Shown here one piece after another: positions 48,149 through 57,465 of a stretch of 64,000 nucleotides of DNA. Under the pieces are notes generated by a model. It worked only from the letters and a program-made list of their open reading frames with translations. It was not told the origin of the DNA and did no database searches. Each line of letters starts with the position of its first letter. Position 1 is the first letter of the stretch. Made by a program: the position numbers and the translations under genes. Origin of the DNA: a virus (Duplodnaviria > Caudoviricetes); the IMG/VR virus record IMGVR_UViG_3300011862_000001, positions 172,910 to 236,909 of that record. One strand, 5' to 3'.

Positions 48149-48663
48149 TGGCAAACCACGTCGATTTCTTTGGTGAAGAACACACGGTTGAAGAACGTAA
48201 CCGGGTGGAATGGCTGATTATCGACAACCACCGCAAGACGCCTTATGATTACTTGCTTTGCGAAGAGCTTGGCCCACACGCCTGGCTCACGCCGACTGCA
48301 ATTCGTAAGGCCATCAAAGACCAGATGTGGAGTATCTCTCCTCGCGGGTTAGAGTTGGCACTCAAACTGGGTATTCCTGCTGTGGGTATCGACTGCTGGG
48401 ACGATGCGACGTTCAAGCACGATATCAAAGACAAAAACGGTATGGCCGTCGATTTTCGCCACAGCTTTCTGATGCGGGAAACGAAGATGGTCAAGACCGT
48501 GCAGGAATATCGGAAGAAGGGTCGCTTAGCAGTGATGCTGGGCGATACCCATTTGCGTACCGTTAAAACCAAAGAGTTGGGCGATGAATCTCTGGTGTGG
48601 TTGACCTTTCGCCGTGACCAAGATGTGACCATCTATCGCAGTCCGAAAAAAGAGATAGCATGA
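48148..48663 (+). CDS. Hypothetical protein, possibly TraB/ChaN(Tiki)-like fold
   Basis: FFGEEH, LLCEE, GIPAVGID, RE..M, VMLGDTHL. Confidence 0.55.
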   Translation: MANHVDFFGEEHTVEERNRVEWLIIDNHRKTPYDYLLCEELGPHAWLTPTAIRKAIKDQMWSISPRGLELALKLGIPAVGIDCWDDATFKHDIKDKNGMAVDFRHSFLMRETKMVKTVQEYRKKGRLAVMLGDTHLRTVKTKELGDESLVWLTFRRDQDVTIYRSPKKEIA

Positions 48664-48736
48664 GTCAAGAATAATTACAGGTGCGCACCATTATGTGTCG
48701 TACCTGCCCTTTCTAATTTTTTCTTGGAGTTGAATC

Positions 48737-48994
48737 ATGCAAACCGTCATACCCGAGTGTGCACGTATTGCACTCCGGGAAATCACCGGTGTTCACAGCC
48801 CGGTCATTAACACGGTCACCGACGCCAATCGCAATTACCTGCATTCGGGGTTAGCGATTGCTCTGACCTATTACGAGCAGTACCAGCAGCCTGCCCGTTC
48901 CGGTTACAGGCGCACCTTTTACTATACACATCGTCCGGAGTTTCCTCATGCGGCGGTGTTTACGCATGTTGATACGGAGGTCGTATATGGGTGA
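48737..48994 (+). CDS. Hypothetical protein
   Basis: GGAG RBS, 85 aa. Confidence 0.6.
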   Translation: MQTVIPECARIALREITGVHSPVINTVTDANRNYLHSGLAIALTYYEQYQQPARSGYRRTFYYTHRPEFPHAAVFTHVDTEVVYG

Positions 48995-49169
48995 AGTGGC
49001 TGACAGACTGAAAGAGTCATCGAAAGGGTACACGGTTGACCCACGCGAATGGTTTGGCACGGTGGGACGTCGTTACCCGCAGCGGACAGCCGTTAGCATT
49101 GCGGTGCGTATGGCACTGGTATGGCCAGTGGTTCCGATTACGCAGCCAGAGTACATCACGGTATGCTAA
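48987..49169 (+). CDS. Hypothetical protein
   Basis: GGAGG RBS before MGEVAD; overlaps neighbours. Confidence 0.5.
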   Translation: MGEVADRLKESSKGYTVDPREWFGTVGRRYPQRTAVSIAVRMALVWPVVPITQPEYITVC

Positions 49170-49648
49170 TCTTTCGCGATGAACGTCATGTGCAGGGTGA
49201 TATTTTCAATGCCGCAGACGCCTACAAAGTGGTGACAATCAACTGCGTAGGCGCAATGGGCAGGGGAATTGCCCTGTCTTGCAAAGAGCGTTTTCCTAGA
49301 ATCTATGAGGACTACCGCAAACGTTGCAGGAAAAATGAGATTATGGTGGGTCACGTTTACTTATACGAGGACGAGAAAATTATCCTGCTGCCCACCAAGG
49401 TACACTTTAAAGACCGTTCAGAAGTCGTATACGTCACCAAAGGTATAGATGCTTTGGCGCGTCTTGGAAACGACCTGAAAGCTGAGGTAGCACTCCCACC
49501 CCTCGGGATGGCTAACGGTTGGTTGCGCGCCCACGAGCGCTGCGAAATCTATCACCACCTGTTCAGGACACTGAACCCCGGAGAGCAACACTATCGGATA
49601 TACTTACCCACCACGTTATACACAGAAGCCAAAGCGGCACTATTGTAA
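49163..49648 (+). CDS. Macrodomain protein, DarG/TARG1-like ADP-ribosylhydrolase
   Basis: GDIF..VVTINCVGAMGRGIAL..KERFP; LPTK.H; ALPPLG..NG.L. Confidence 0.85.
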   Translation: MLIFRDERHVQGDIFNAADAYKVVTINCVGAMGRGIALSCKERFPRIYEDYRKRCRKNEIMVGHVYLYEDEKIILLPTKVHFKDRSEVVYVTKGIDALARLGNDLKAEVALPPLGMANGWLRAHERCEIYHHLFRTLNPGEQHYRIYLPTTLYTEAKAALL

Positions 49649-49660
49649 TGTTTTTTGAAT

Positions 49661-49676
49661 AGATATTATCACTTGG
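49661..49676 (+). promoter_or_regulatory. Possible early-type promoter variant
   Basis: AGATATTATC, also at 57428; AT-rich upstream. Confidence 0.4.
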
Positions 49677-49760
49677 GCACTTAACAAGGAGTCAATCGCT
49701 AGTTGCGCCGTCACCCATGGTGGGTCACGGAGAAGTATACATCCGTTCTGGAGAATTATC

Positions 49761-50522
49761 ATGATGCGTTCCCTTTTCATTGTTCTGGCTATGATGTTGG
49801 CATTCAACGCTAATGCCTCGAAGTCGGCCAAGAACGACTACAGCAAAGAGTTCAAACAAATTGAACACCGCTTCACCAAAGTGAAGCCCATGATTGTGAA
49901 AATTTCTAACGAGCAGGGTGTCCATCCCGGCTTAATGACCACCTTGATTTACAAGGAATCTCGTTTCAACCCAAAGGCAAAAAACAAATCGTCCACCGCG
50001 CACAGCTTGGTTCAAATGACCATGCCTACCAAGCGCACGATGCTCAAGCTCTACGGTAAGCAATTAGGGCTACCGAAGAATGCCGACCTCAACAACCCCC
50101 GTAATGCAATTCTGATTGCCACGGCGTACGTTAACCACATTGAGGATGAACTGACCCGACGACTCAAACGCAAGCCGACCAATGCCGAAATATACCTCGG
50201 TTACCGCTTTGGCGAAGGTGCCGCGTACACCATGATTAAGAAGAACTCCACCCGTGCAGCGAAAGAGATTCGCCAGTATAAACGCGATGCCGCGTTTTAC
50301 AGTGCCAAAGTGGACACCTTAGTTGTGGCTGACACACCCAAACAGCTGGCGTTTGTGAAGACTGATGACACTGACAAAGTCATCGAAATTCAGCAAATTT
50401 GGCACACCCTTTACGGTACGTACGTACCTATCGTCGATCAGCGTGCGCTGGTTGCGAACAATTTCACCATAGGAGCGAACATTGAACATCGTCACACAAC
50501 CCTGGTATCCGGGCTTATGTAA
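49761..50522 (+). CDS. Secreted lytic transglycosylase (SLT fold)
   Basis: Signal peptide ending ANA; IYKESRFNPKA catalytic Glu motif; YLGY.FG.G.A. Confidence 0.8.
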   Translation: MMRSLFIVLAMMLAFNANASKSAKNDYSKEFKQIEHRFTKVKPMIVKISNEQGVHPGLMTTLIYKESRFNPKAKNKSSTAHSLVQMTMPTKRTMLKLYGKQLGLPKNADLNNPRNAILIATAYVNHIEDELTRRLKRKPTNAEIYLGYRFGEGAAYTMIKKNSTRAAKEIRQYKRDAAFYSAKVDTLVVADTPKQLAFVKTDDTDKVIEIQQIWHTLYGTYVPIVDQRALVANNFTIGANIEHRHTTLVSGLM

Positions 50523-51057
50523 AGCTGCCCAGTTGTCCGCATCTGATGTCTTTAATCTGATTTCAGGTGGGGCCACGAGTGTGCAAACGAATCCAGATTA
50601 CGTTGAACCGCCCGCCGGTGAAGAACCGACCGTGCAGCCGACGTACGTAGACTACAACGAATGGTTTGCGGCAAACCATCAGTTCTACGACGCGCTTAAC
50701 TCCGCGTTCGGTGATGACGAAGACGAAGGGCTGGAGTTTGACTGGAACATCAACCTGGCCCTGCTGTGGATTTGTGGACTGCGTCCGCGTATCGATGAAA
50801 CCGAAGCGGGCTTTGTGCTGACCTGGCGTCAATCAGCAGCGTACAACCCGACCCTGACGTTCAAAGAAGCGTATATGGACGTGACGGTTGAACTCCAGAA
50901 AATGTGGTTTGGTGAGTCGGCCTATGTGCAGCGCTCTTTCCTGACCATCCTGGAAAAGCTTGCCATTACTCACAAGCTCTGGCGCAGTGACACCGCCCCG
51001 GAACATCTGTTTGTTCTCGAGTACCAGGTCGTTCCTAATACCCCGTTCTTCGAATAA
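50482..51057 (+). CDS. Hypothetical acidic protein (start uncertain)
   Basis: Long ORF ending at a terminator. Confidence 0.6.
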   Translation: MNIVTQPWYPGLCKAAQLSASDVFNLISGGATSVQTNPDYVEPPAGEEPTVQPTYVDYNEWFAANHQFYDALNSAFGDDEDEGLEFDWNINLALLWICGLRPRIDETEAGFVLTWRQSAAYNPTLTFKEAYMDVTVELQKMWFGESAYVQRSFLTILEKLAITHKLWRSDTAPEHLFVLEYQVVPNTPFFE

Positions 51058-51063
51058 TACCTA

Positions 51064-51098
51064 ACCAGACCTTCGGGTCTGGTTCTTTTTACTTTTTA
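51064..51098 (+). terminator. Rho-independent terminator
   Basis: AACCAGACC-TTCG-GGTCTGGTT followed by a T run. Confidence 0.85.
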
Positions 51099-51122
51099 TC
51101 GCAAAACGACTAAGGATTAATC

Positions 51123-51284
51123 ATGTGTAATAAAGACTCGCTCACTTTGCAAACGCGTGAAGAGATGGAAAAGGTGTGTAAGATGATGGCTGTGCCAATT
51201 GAAACCACCACACGCAAATCCATCGACGGCCTTATTGCCGAGCATTTGAGTGGCGTTGTTGAACGGCTCCAAGCGAAAAAATAA
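51123..51284 (+). CDS. Small protein, 53 aa (not in ORF track)
   Basis: TAAGGA RBS; MCNKDSLTLQTREEMEKVCKMMAVPIETTTRKSIDGLIAEHLSGVVERLQAKK. Confidence 0.6.
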   Translation: MCNKDSLTLQTREEMEKVCKMMAVPIETTTRKSIDGLIAEHLSGVVERLQAKK

Positions 51285-51328
51285 AAAGCAATACCCACTC
51301 CCGAAGGAGTGGGTACGCTTATTTTTTT
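51276..51328. terminator. Bidirectional terminator
   Basis: A run, TACCCACTCC-CGAA-GGAGTGGGTA, T run. Confidence 0.85.
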
Positions 51329-51944
51329 AGTTAGTCAGACCATTGGCTTTGAGTATTTCAATCAACCGGTCGTTAAGTACCTGCAACTCGTTGTTGCGTG
51401 TCGTTAGCGACGCGACCTGTTCGGCCAACGGTACCACAGTACGAATCGTGCGTTTACGCAACGCTTCCATGCGAACGTGGTCTTCTTCAGTCACCGTGCC
51501 CTCGTAGGACAAGGTCGTCACTTCCGGAACGACCACAACCCCAAGCATACTGGTGGCAAGATTACCCAAGTCTTCAGAAAGCTTCGTGACGTCAATATAC
51601 GACGGCACTAACGCACAGTCCAACACGATAACGTTACGACGATAATCAACCGCGCTTTGCCCCGGGTAGCTCACCACGAACGTGTTAGGGATATAACGCA
51701 CCTCCCCGTCGGTGGACTTGAACGTCAGAATCGATGCTTCCAAATCCGCATCGTCTAAATAATCCTGACGACTGAGACCTGCCGGTTCGTAATACTCAGA
51801 ATAGATATCGACGTTGGCCCGGCGCAGTTCCGGGAACGTACGAATCGCTTCTAAGCGATACACCACATCAAGCGGTAACTCAAACGGGGTGTTGGTGACA
51901 AATGACCCTTGTGTGTTTTCCGGTGGCGTAATCGGATAACGCAT
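51327..51944 (-). CDS. Hypothetical protein, probably structural
   Basis: GGGGAG RBS; C-terminal coiled coil; follows the 454-aa gene. Confidence 0.65.
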   Translation of the reverse strand: MRYPITPPENTQGSFVTNTPFELPLDVVYRLEAIRTFPELRRANVDIYSEYYEPAGLSRQDYLDDADLEASILTFKSTDGEVRYIPNTFVVSYPGQSAVDYRRNVIVLDCALVPSYIDVTKLSEDLGNLATSMLGVVVVPEVTTLSYEGTVTEEDHVRMEALRKRTIRTVVPLAEQVASLTTRNNELQVLNDRLIEILKANGLTN

Positions 51945-51954
51945 TTACTCCCCC

Positions 51955-53319
51955 TTACGCGGTTTGCCAGACGGCATTGCGAGCCAGCACGCGAAACTCC
52001 ACGTTACTGAACTCAAACACCCAGTAATAGATTTCCGGGTTCGCATCGTCCACCAGTTTAATGATGTCCATTGAGACGTTATACGGATGGTATTCTTCTG
52101 CGGCAATCAACGCCCGGAAGAACATATCAAGCCACACTGTGGTGGACTTAGACATCCGAGAGATATCCGGGTTCAGGGTGCCAATCAGTCCGTAGTCCGG
52201 AACCACATCATGCAACGTCAGCTTACGGCTGTCGTTCTCAGGCCCAGCAATGGCTACTGCTGCGAGCGACTTATAGACAGACGGTAACAGACACACATCG
52301 GTGACGGGTTGAGGAATCACCCCAGCATTTTTCTCAGCGACCGTCAGGGTACGCCACTCACCGAATTTACTGACCGCTTTCACCAGGAAATCATATGGGA
52401 GCAGTGGCGAGTATTGCGCGGCGATATCTTCCTGATTCGGGATGCCCCGAATTGACCAACCCGGTATAATCGTGAATTTGGTGGTGGTGAAAATCTCCGG
52501 AAACACCTTCACCCATTCGATGGTACCGTTGTTGGAATTGGCAAGAATGTATTCGCGCAATGCCTGTTTAATGCGGCTCGGATTCGAACCAGCACGGCCA
52601 TAAATCAACACCGACATCGGTACAGTCAGGGTAGCGTTATAGTCTTCCCGATCGTGCCAGGTGTAGTTGTTGGTTAAAATGGTGGTGTACGGATATTGCC
52701 CTCGAATCTCGTTCGCCTTTTTATGGTGGTCGGGCAGATTAAAACCTGCCATGGCGACTTCCACCACCGATTTCACAGCCATGAAGGTATCGACCGGCAG
52801 AATAGGCATCAAGACCTCAATCTCCCACCCGGTGTAATCCTTCTTAAAGTCTTCATCAGCAAACCAAACCATGATTTGGTTGTCGTGATCGGCCGTGTTT
52901 TCGACCTGGTTATTCGCGACCTCGTATTTCCAGCTTATCCAGCGGGGAAACCAGTTACCGTTCATCTGAATCATTGCTCCAGTCTGAACGGCGCTGATGC
53001 TACTTTGGTACTGTCCAACTAACAACCGTTGGAACTCGGTTTCATCATTTTTGAAATTACCCAGAATGGACTGATTGTAAATCCACTGGGTTAATGTTAA
53101 AATGTGGTCGGTGAAACTTGCCGGGACTTTCACTTTCAAGCTATCACGCAAGTAAGTGAAGGCCACCAGTTCAACTTGTAGATTGGCCTTCGTGAAGTAT
53201 TGTTTGTTCTTCGCGTAGGTCTTTGACAGTTCCGATAGTTCGCCGACAGGAGCTACTGCACCCTCGGCGTCATTATCAATCAGCGCTGTAATATTGATAA
53301 AGCCTTGTATATCTAACAT
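51955..53319 (-). CDS. Probable virion structural protein
   Basis: Start reassigned to MLDIQGF (GGAG RBS); 454 aa. Confidence 0.65.
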   Translation of the reverse strand: MLDIQGFINITALIDNDAEGAVAPVGELSELSKTYAKNKQYFTKANLQVELVAFTYLRDSLKVKVPASFTDHILTLTQWIYNQSILGNFKNDETEFQRLLVGQYQSSISAVQTGAMIQMNGNWFPRWISWKYEVANNQVENTADHDNQIMVWFADEDFKKDYTGWEIEVLMPILPVDTFMAVKSVVEVAMAGFNLPDHHKKANEIRGQYPYTTILTNNYTWHDREDYNATLTVPMSVLIYGRAGSNPSRIKQALREYILANSNNGTIEWVKVFPEIFTTTKFTIIPGWSIRGIPNQEDIAAQYSPLLPYDFLVKAVSKFGEWRTLTVAEKNAGVIPQPVTDVCLLPSVYKSLAAVAIAGPENDSRKLTLHDVVPDYGLIGTLNPDISRMSKSTTVWLDMFFRALIAAEEYHPYNVSMDIIKLVDDANPEIYYWVFEFSNVEFRVLARNAVWQTA

Positions 53320-53341
53320 TATAAGAAACTCCGAGGTGAGC

Positions 53342-53833
53342 ATGATAGCTGGGATTCTTAAACTACTTCCGTTCCTCACTCTACTTCTGGAGGCTTTTAA
53401 GCCCGGAGACGGAGAACGTGTCACGCGTGCTGGAAAAATCACTACCCTTGCCTTCGTGCTGCTGTTCACATATGCACTGTTCGTTTCCTATGCTTATGTG
53501 GTGCAATACCACGCACTTGTGCAGGTACGCGAGCATGACCAGTACATGGAACGTCAATACCAGGACAAAGACAAAACGGTGCAGTCTCAAGCCGATGATC
53601 TACGGGCACTGTACGTTCGAATTTTCGAGTGTCTCAGTCGACCGCCATATGATGGCGGGCAGGCTAAACGCAAGGTGAACGAAGAGTTACCTGCGCCAAC
53701 CGCTGCCCCCGCTGTCCCTGTACATGCAGAAACAAGTCCACTTAAAAGGGAAGCCGTGGCAAGTAAGCCTGTGGGGGTGACTGATATGAGTCAGTTCCGC
53801 CGGGAGATATTGAAAAACATCAACGAGGAGTGA
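53342..53833 (+). CDS. Inner-membrane protein, i-spanin-like
   Basis: GAGG RBS; TM ITTLAFVLLFTYALFVSYAYVV followed by a helical/coiled domain with one Cys. Confidence 0.55.
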   Translation: MIAGILKLLPFLTLLLEAFKPGDGERVTRAGKITTLAFVLLFTYALFVSYAYVVQYHALVQVREHDQYMERQYQDKDKTVQSQADDLRALYVRIFECLSRPPYDGGQAKRKVNEELPAPTAAPAVPVHAETSPLKREAVASKPVGVTDMSQFRREILKNINEE

Positions 53834-54306
53834 TGATGAAAGCCTTGTTACTCTGCATCACCATGTTCCTCATGGGATGCAGTGGCATGGTTATGGAGGG
53901 AAAACAGTTTACCGCCAACCAGTCTACCTGGCCGTTGCGTAATCTGGAAGGACCACCACAATTGCCTTCGTCCGTATTGTCTGAAGATGACCCGCATTTC
54001 AAACAGTACATTTCGGAGGTAAACGCGTATGCCTACTACGTGTTTATTTACGCCAGGAATCTTAACGACTATGCCCGCATGCGTAAATGGCGAATCCCTC
54101 AACCGGCTCCCATTTGCGAAAGGTTCGAGCCCTTCTCGCTGAACCCCATTCCGGAAAAAGTCAATTTAGCTGAGAGTGCGCGCAGTCCCCAAGATATCAG
54201 CCGCGATCTTGCCATGCAATTGAAACGACTCCTGAGTAATTACCGTCAAGACCGTGCGGCGTTTAGCCGCGCACTTGAAGCCCATTATGCCACATGCATA
54301 AACTAA
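53830..54306 (+). CDS. Lipoprotein, o-spanin-like
   Basis: Lipobox FLMG-C; Pro-rich; overlaps the upstream membrane gene. Confidence 0.6.
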   Translation: MMMKALLLCITMFLMGCSGMVMEGKQFTANQSTWPLRNLEGPPQLPSSVLSEDDPHFKQYISEVNAYAYYVFIYARNLNDYARMRKWRIPQPAPICERFEPFSLNPIPEKVNLAESARSPQDISRDLAMQLKRLLSNYRQDRAAFSRALEAHYATCIN

Positions 54307-54310
54307 AAGC

Positions 54311-54348
54311 CGCTCTCTTACCTTCGGGTAGGAGAGCGCTTTATTTTT
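54311..54348 (+). terminator. Rho-independent terminator
   Basis: CGCTCTCTTACC-TTCG-GGTAGGAGAGCG followed by a T run. Confidence 0.85.
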
Positions 54349-54370
54349 ACAGCACCAACCCATCTAATGT
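54344..54370 (+). promoter_or_regulatory. Candidate middle-type promoter
   Basis: TTTTTACAGCACCAACCCATCTAATGT. Confidence 0.55.
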
Positions 54371-54391
54371 ATACACACAAGGAGATCACCA

Positions 54392-55153
54392 ATGTCAACT
54401 ATAATTCAAACTGAATCACGTCGCACCCCGTCGATTTATGAAGCCGCACCGGTGCGTATTCCCAATATCGTTATTGGCGCAGACGGCGAAACCAAGTCCA
54501 TGCGCTCTGACGCATATCTGGTGTCTATCGGCTTTGCCGCTTATGATGTACCAACCCTGCGCTTTATCGGGGCGTACTACCAGAACATCGACCCGAACGA
54601 TGAAAAAGCACAAGCCATTTTCCACGAAGACCCGGGTACCATGGCCTGGTGGCGCGGTGAGGGTGAGAATCCGGAATATGCACCGAGCCGCGAAGCGTAT
54701 GCTGAAGCTTTTGCTGGCACCATGAAAATGCCGGAAGCGTTGTGGGGCGCTTACCGTTTCCTGGAAGGCTTTAAGGATAAGGTCTGCACCATCACCATGC
54801 GTGGCCCGGACTTCGATGCACCGATTATGATGAACGCGTTTGCCCAGTGCGATGTGCCTGCTGGTATGCTACGTCGTTTCTCGATGCTCGATTCTGACCG
54901 TACCGCAGAGCGTCTTGCCCACGCCATGGGTTTGGCCCCGGACTATCAGGCAGAGTCCCATAACTGGACACGCGGCAAAGACGCGTATTTGCACCATGCC
55001 GGTTACGATGCTGCGCGTGAAGGTTATATTACAGCACGCATCTATCATCTGGCGCTGATTGCCAAACGTCACGGGTTTGAGCGCATGCTGGAAGCACACA
55101 ACCAACTGTGTACTGGAGAGTATGCGGCGATGGAATTTTTAAGAGAGGCGTAA
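54392..55153 (+). CDS. DEDDh 3'-5' exonuclease
   Basis: ADGET (ExoI), GPDFD (ExoII), HHAGYDA (ExoIII). Confidence 0.8.
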   Translation: MSTIIQTESRRTPSIYEAAPVRIPNIVIGADGETKSMRSDAYLVSIGFAAYDVPTLRFIGAYYQNIDPNDEKAQAIFHEDPGTMAWWRGEGENPEYAPSREAYAEAFAGTMKMPEALWGAYRFLEGFKDKVCTITMRGPDFDAPIMMNAFAQCDVPAGMLRRFSMLDSDRTAERLAHAMGLAPDYQAESHNWTRGKDAYLHHAGYDAAREGYITARIYHLALIAKRHGFERMLEAHNQLCTGEYAAMEFLREA

Positions 55154-56673
55154 TGGATATCAAAGAGGTCGACGTTGCCGTGCTATATACAGACGGCAGC
55201 CGTCTAATGAACCCGCCCGGTACAGGGGCGGGGATTCATGGGTACTTGTTTAATCACGATACCCTTGACGAGAAGCTGGCGTATAAGTACAACGGGGCAA
55301 CCGAGCACGTTACGGTAACCGGTTACAAGAAATTCCCGGCCGACGTGAAAGTCCCCGATGTGCCTGACACGGTAGAGTTCGTGGATGCTATCATTCCTGT
55401 CCCTGCCCAATACTGGTCAGACGTGGCAGAACTGACGGCCTTTATCTCGCTGTTTGAATCCGCACCGTTTCGTGCCAAGAACTACATCATCTACGCCGAC
55501 GCGACGTATGTGGTGAATGCCTGGAACGAATGGATGTCTGGCTGGAAAGCACGCGGTTGGGTGAAGGCTGATGGGTCGCCGATTGGTAACCGTGAGTTCA
55601 TCATCAAGATGGACGAAATCAAAACCCGGATGCAGAAAGAGGGGCGTTCTGTCCGAGTGATTAAAATCAAAGGTCACTCCGGGCGCTACGGTAATGAACG
55701 GGCTGACCTGTTAGCCGGGAAAGCCTCGGCGATGGTCGCAGCCGGCCAAGGGATAGAGTATCGTCCCTATTGGTCGGCCAGTGACTTACCGCAAACTGCG
55801 CCGGAAGATCGTGTCGAGATAGACGACGGGGTAGCCAAATTCCCGCTGCTTGCGAACACGGTCAAGTTTACCTACCCGATGGTAAATGAAGCACCACCGA
55901 CGGTCATCGCAGGTGGCGAAACCTGGAACTATATGCTGGGTGGCAACCACGCCAAAGATAAAGAAGATGTGGTGTTCATTGGGAAGATGATTCCGGATGC
56001 ACACTTTGGCATGTTCTTTACCCGCGAGAGTTGGGAGAATGCCTATAAACTGGTGAACCTCCACAACGAACGTGCTTGGCAAGGTACACCGCCGCTCACC
56101 AAGTACGACCCGATGGCGATTGTCTACAACATCTACGTCAAGCGCAAGAAGTTCACCGATGCCTTAAAGGATGGGTTAACGCTCGAGCGTTTAACACTTG
56201 CTGACAACAACAATGTCTGCATGTACGAAGATTTGATTATCACTCGCCTGATTCGCCCGGCTTTACTGTCCTATCGGGCACTGGAGTTTCGTGATGAGTT
56301 AGCAGGCTGGTTGCGCGATTGTGTGGATGGCAAGCCCAGTGTCACGCTTAACGATATCACCGATTTGTTGTTTGATGAGGCAGGTAAACCGCGTAAAGAT
56401 TTCTATCGCAGTGTTGACCGTGCCTTTACGGTGAAGCTCAACTACCCCGGCACTGATAAAGCCATTCCGGTGATTTTAACCCGGGGGATTGATATTCCCG
56501 ATCGCACCGACATCAACCGCATAAAAGAACCGCAAGGTCGCTATTACGTGGTGACGCGCCGTCCGCAAGAACGCTGCGTCGAGTATGCTGTGGTGTACCT
56601 TGGCACCGAGTATCACGCATTGTGGTGTGGCTACTATGCCAATAAACGTATTCTGAAAGAGGATGAAGTGTAA
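55153..56673 (+). CDS. rnh: Ribonuclease HI with large C-terminal extension
   Basis: YTDGS, AELTA, YADATYV, W..RGW, KGHSG..GNERAD.LA. Confidence 0.9.
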   Translation: MDIKEVDVAVLYTDGSRLMNPPGTGAGIHGYLFNHDTLDEKLAYKYNGATEHVTVTGYKKFPADVKVPDVPDTVEFVDAIIPVPAQYWSDVAELTAFISLFESAPFRAKNYIIYADATYVVNAWNEWMSGWKARGWVKADGSPIGNREFIIKMDEIKTRMQKEGRSVRVIKIKGHSGRYGNERADLLAGKASAMVAAGQGIEYRPYWSASDLPQTAPEDRVEIDDGVAKFPLLANTVKFTYPMVNEAPPTVIAGGETWNYMLGGNHAKDKEDVVFIGKMIPDAHFGMFFTRESWENAYKLVNLHNERAWQGTPPLTKYDPMAIVYNIYVKRKKFTDALKDGLTLERLTLADNNNVCMYEDLIITRLIRPALLSYRALEFRDELAGWLRDCVDGKPSVTLNDITDLLFDEAGKPRKDFYRSVDRAFTVKLNYPGTDKAIPVILTRGIDIPDRTDINRIKEPQGRYYVVTRRPQERCVEYAVVYLGTEYHALWCGYYANKRILKEDEV

Positions 56674-57429
56674 ATGAAGAAAGTTCTCAGCGAAGTGCTG
56701 ACCATGCATACCGAGTCATTGATTAAAGCAATGGCGCAACACGCCTTTGCTACGTATGCCATGGAGTCTATCCAGATTGAAGGGCGGGTACTCGTCGTGG
56801 ACGAAGAACGCTTTCTCGCCGCTGGGCGAGATGCCTTCGCTGAGGTGGTGGCGGGTATTTTGATGCAGCCGTTAGCGGCCGTCAATGCCCGCACCGACTT
56901 CGTTTTCCGTCCGCAGGTACACATCCCGCAAATACCCTCAAAGAAAGTGAAATGGTTGCGTGAAACGGGTAACGCCTCGATGTTCACGGAAGAGGAGATG
57001 TTTGAAAACCACTGCCGTGAAATGCCGATGAACGAACTGGCGGAAGGGGCCATCAAATGGTACACCACGCAGTTCCTCGATGAAATCTACCGGGTCACCA
57101 ATTACGAAGATGACTTCGAGAGCTTCCGCTTCTTTGTTACCCATGAGATGTTGGTGCGCCAGATTAAGAACAAGTGTGTGGTGTTGTTCATGATGGAACC
57201 TACCGATTACGTGTTCAGGGCAGAAGCATTAGCTATCGACGGCATCCGTGATGAGATAGCGACAACCCCGTGGGGCTTTGTGGTGCAAGAAGACGCAGCG
57301 GTGATGTATGAAAACATCCCGACGTATGTGCTGCCACCCGAAGACCAGGACTCAGAGTCGGAGTTTGGCGTTGAGCTGTACGAATTAAAGCCTGCCGTGG
57401 TAGCGGAGATTGAAAAAATCCTGGGATAG
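56674..57429 (+). CDS. Hypothetical protein
   Basis: 251 aa, immediately after RNase H. Confidence 0.7.
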   Translation: MKKVLSEVLTMHTESLIKAMAQHAFATYAMESIQIEGRVLVVDEERFLAAGRDAFAEVVAGILMQPLAAVNARTDFVFRPQVHIPQIPSKKVKWLRETGNASMFTEEEMFENHCREMPMNELAEGAIKWYTTQFLDEIYRVTNYEDDFESFRFFVTHEMLVRQIKNKCVVLFMMEPTDYVFRAEALAIDGIRDEIATTPWGFVVQEDAAVMYENIPTYVLPPEDQDSESEFGVELYELKPAVVAEIEKILG

Positions 57430-57465
57430 ATATTATCCAGGTGAGCTTTCCCAAAGGAGTATCCC

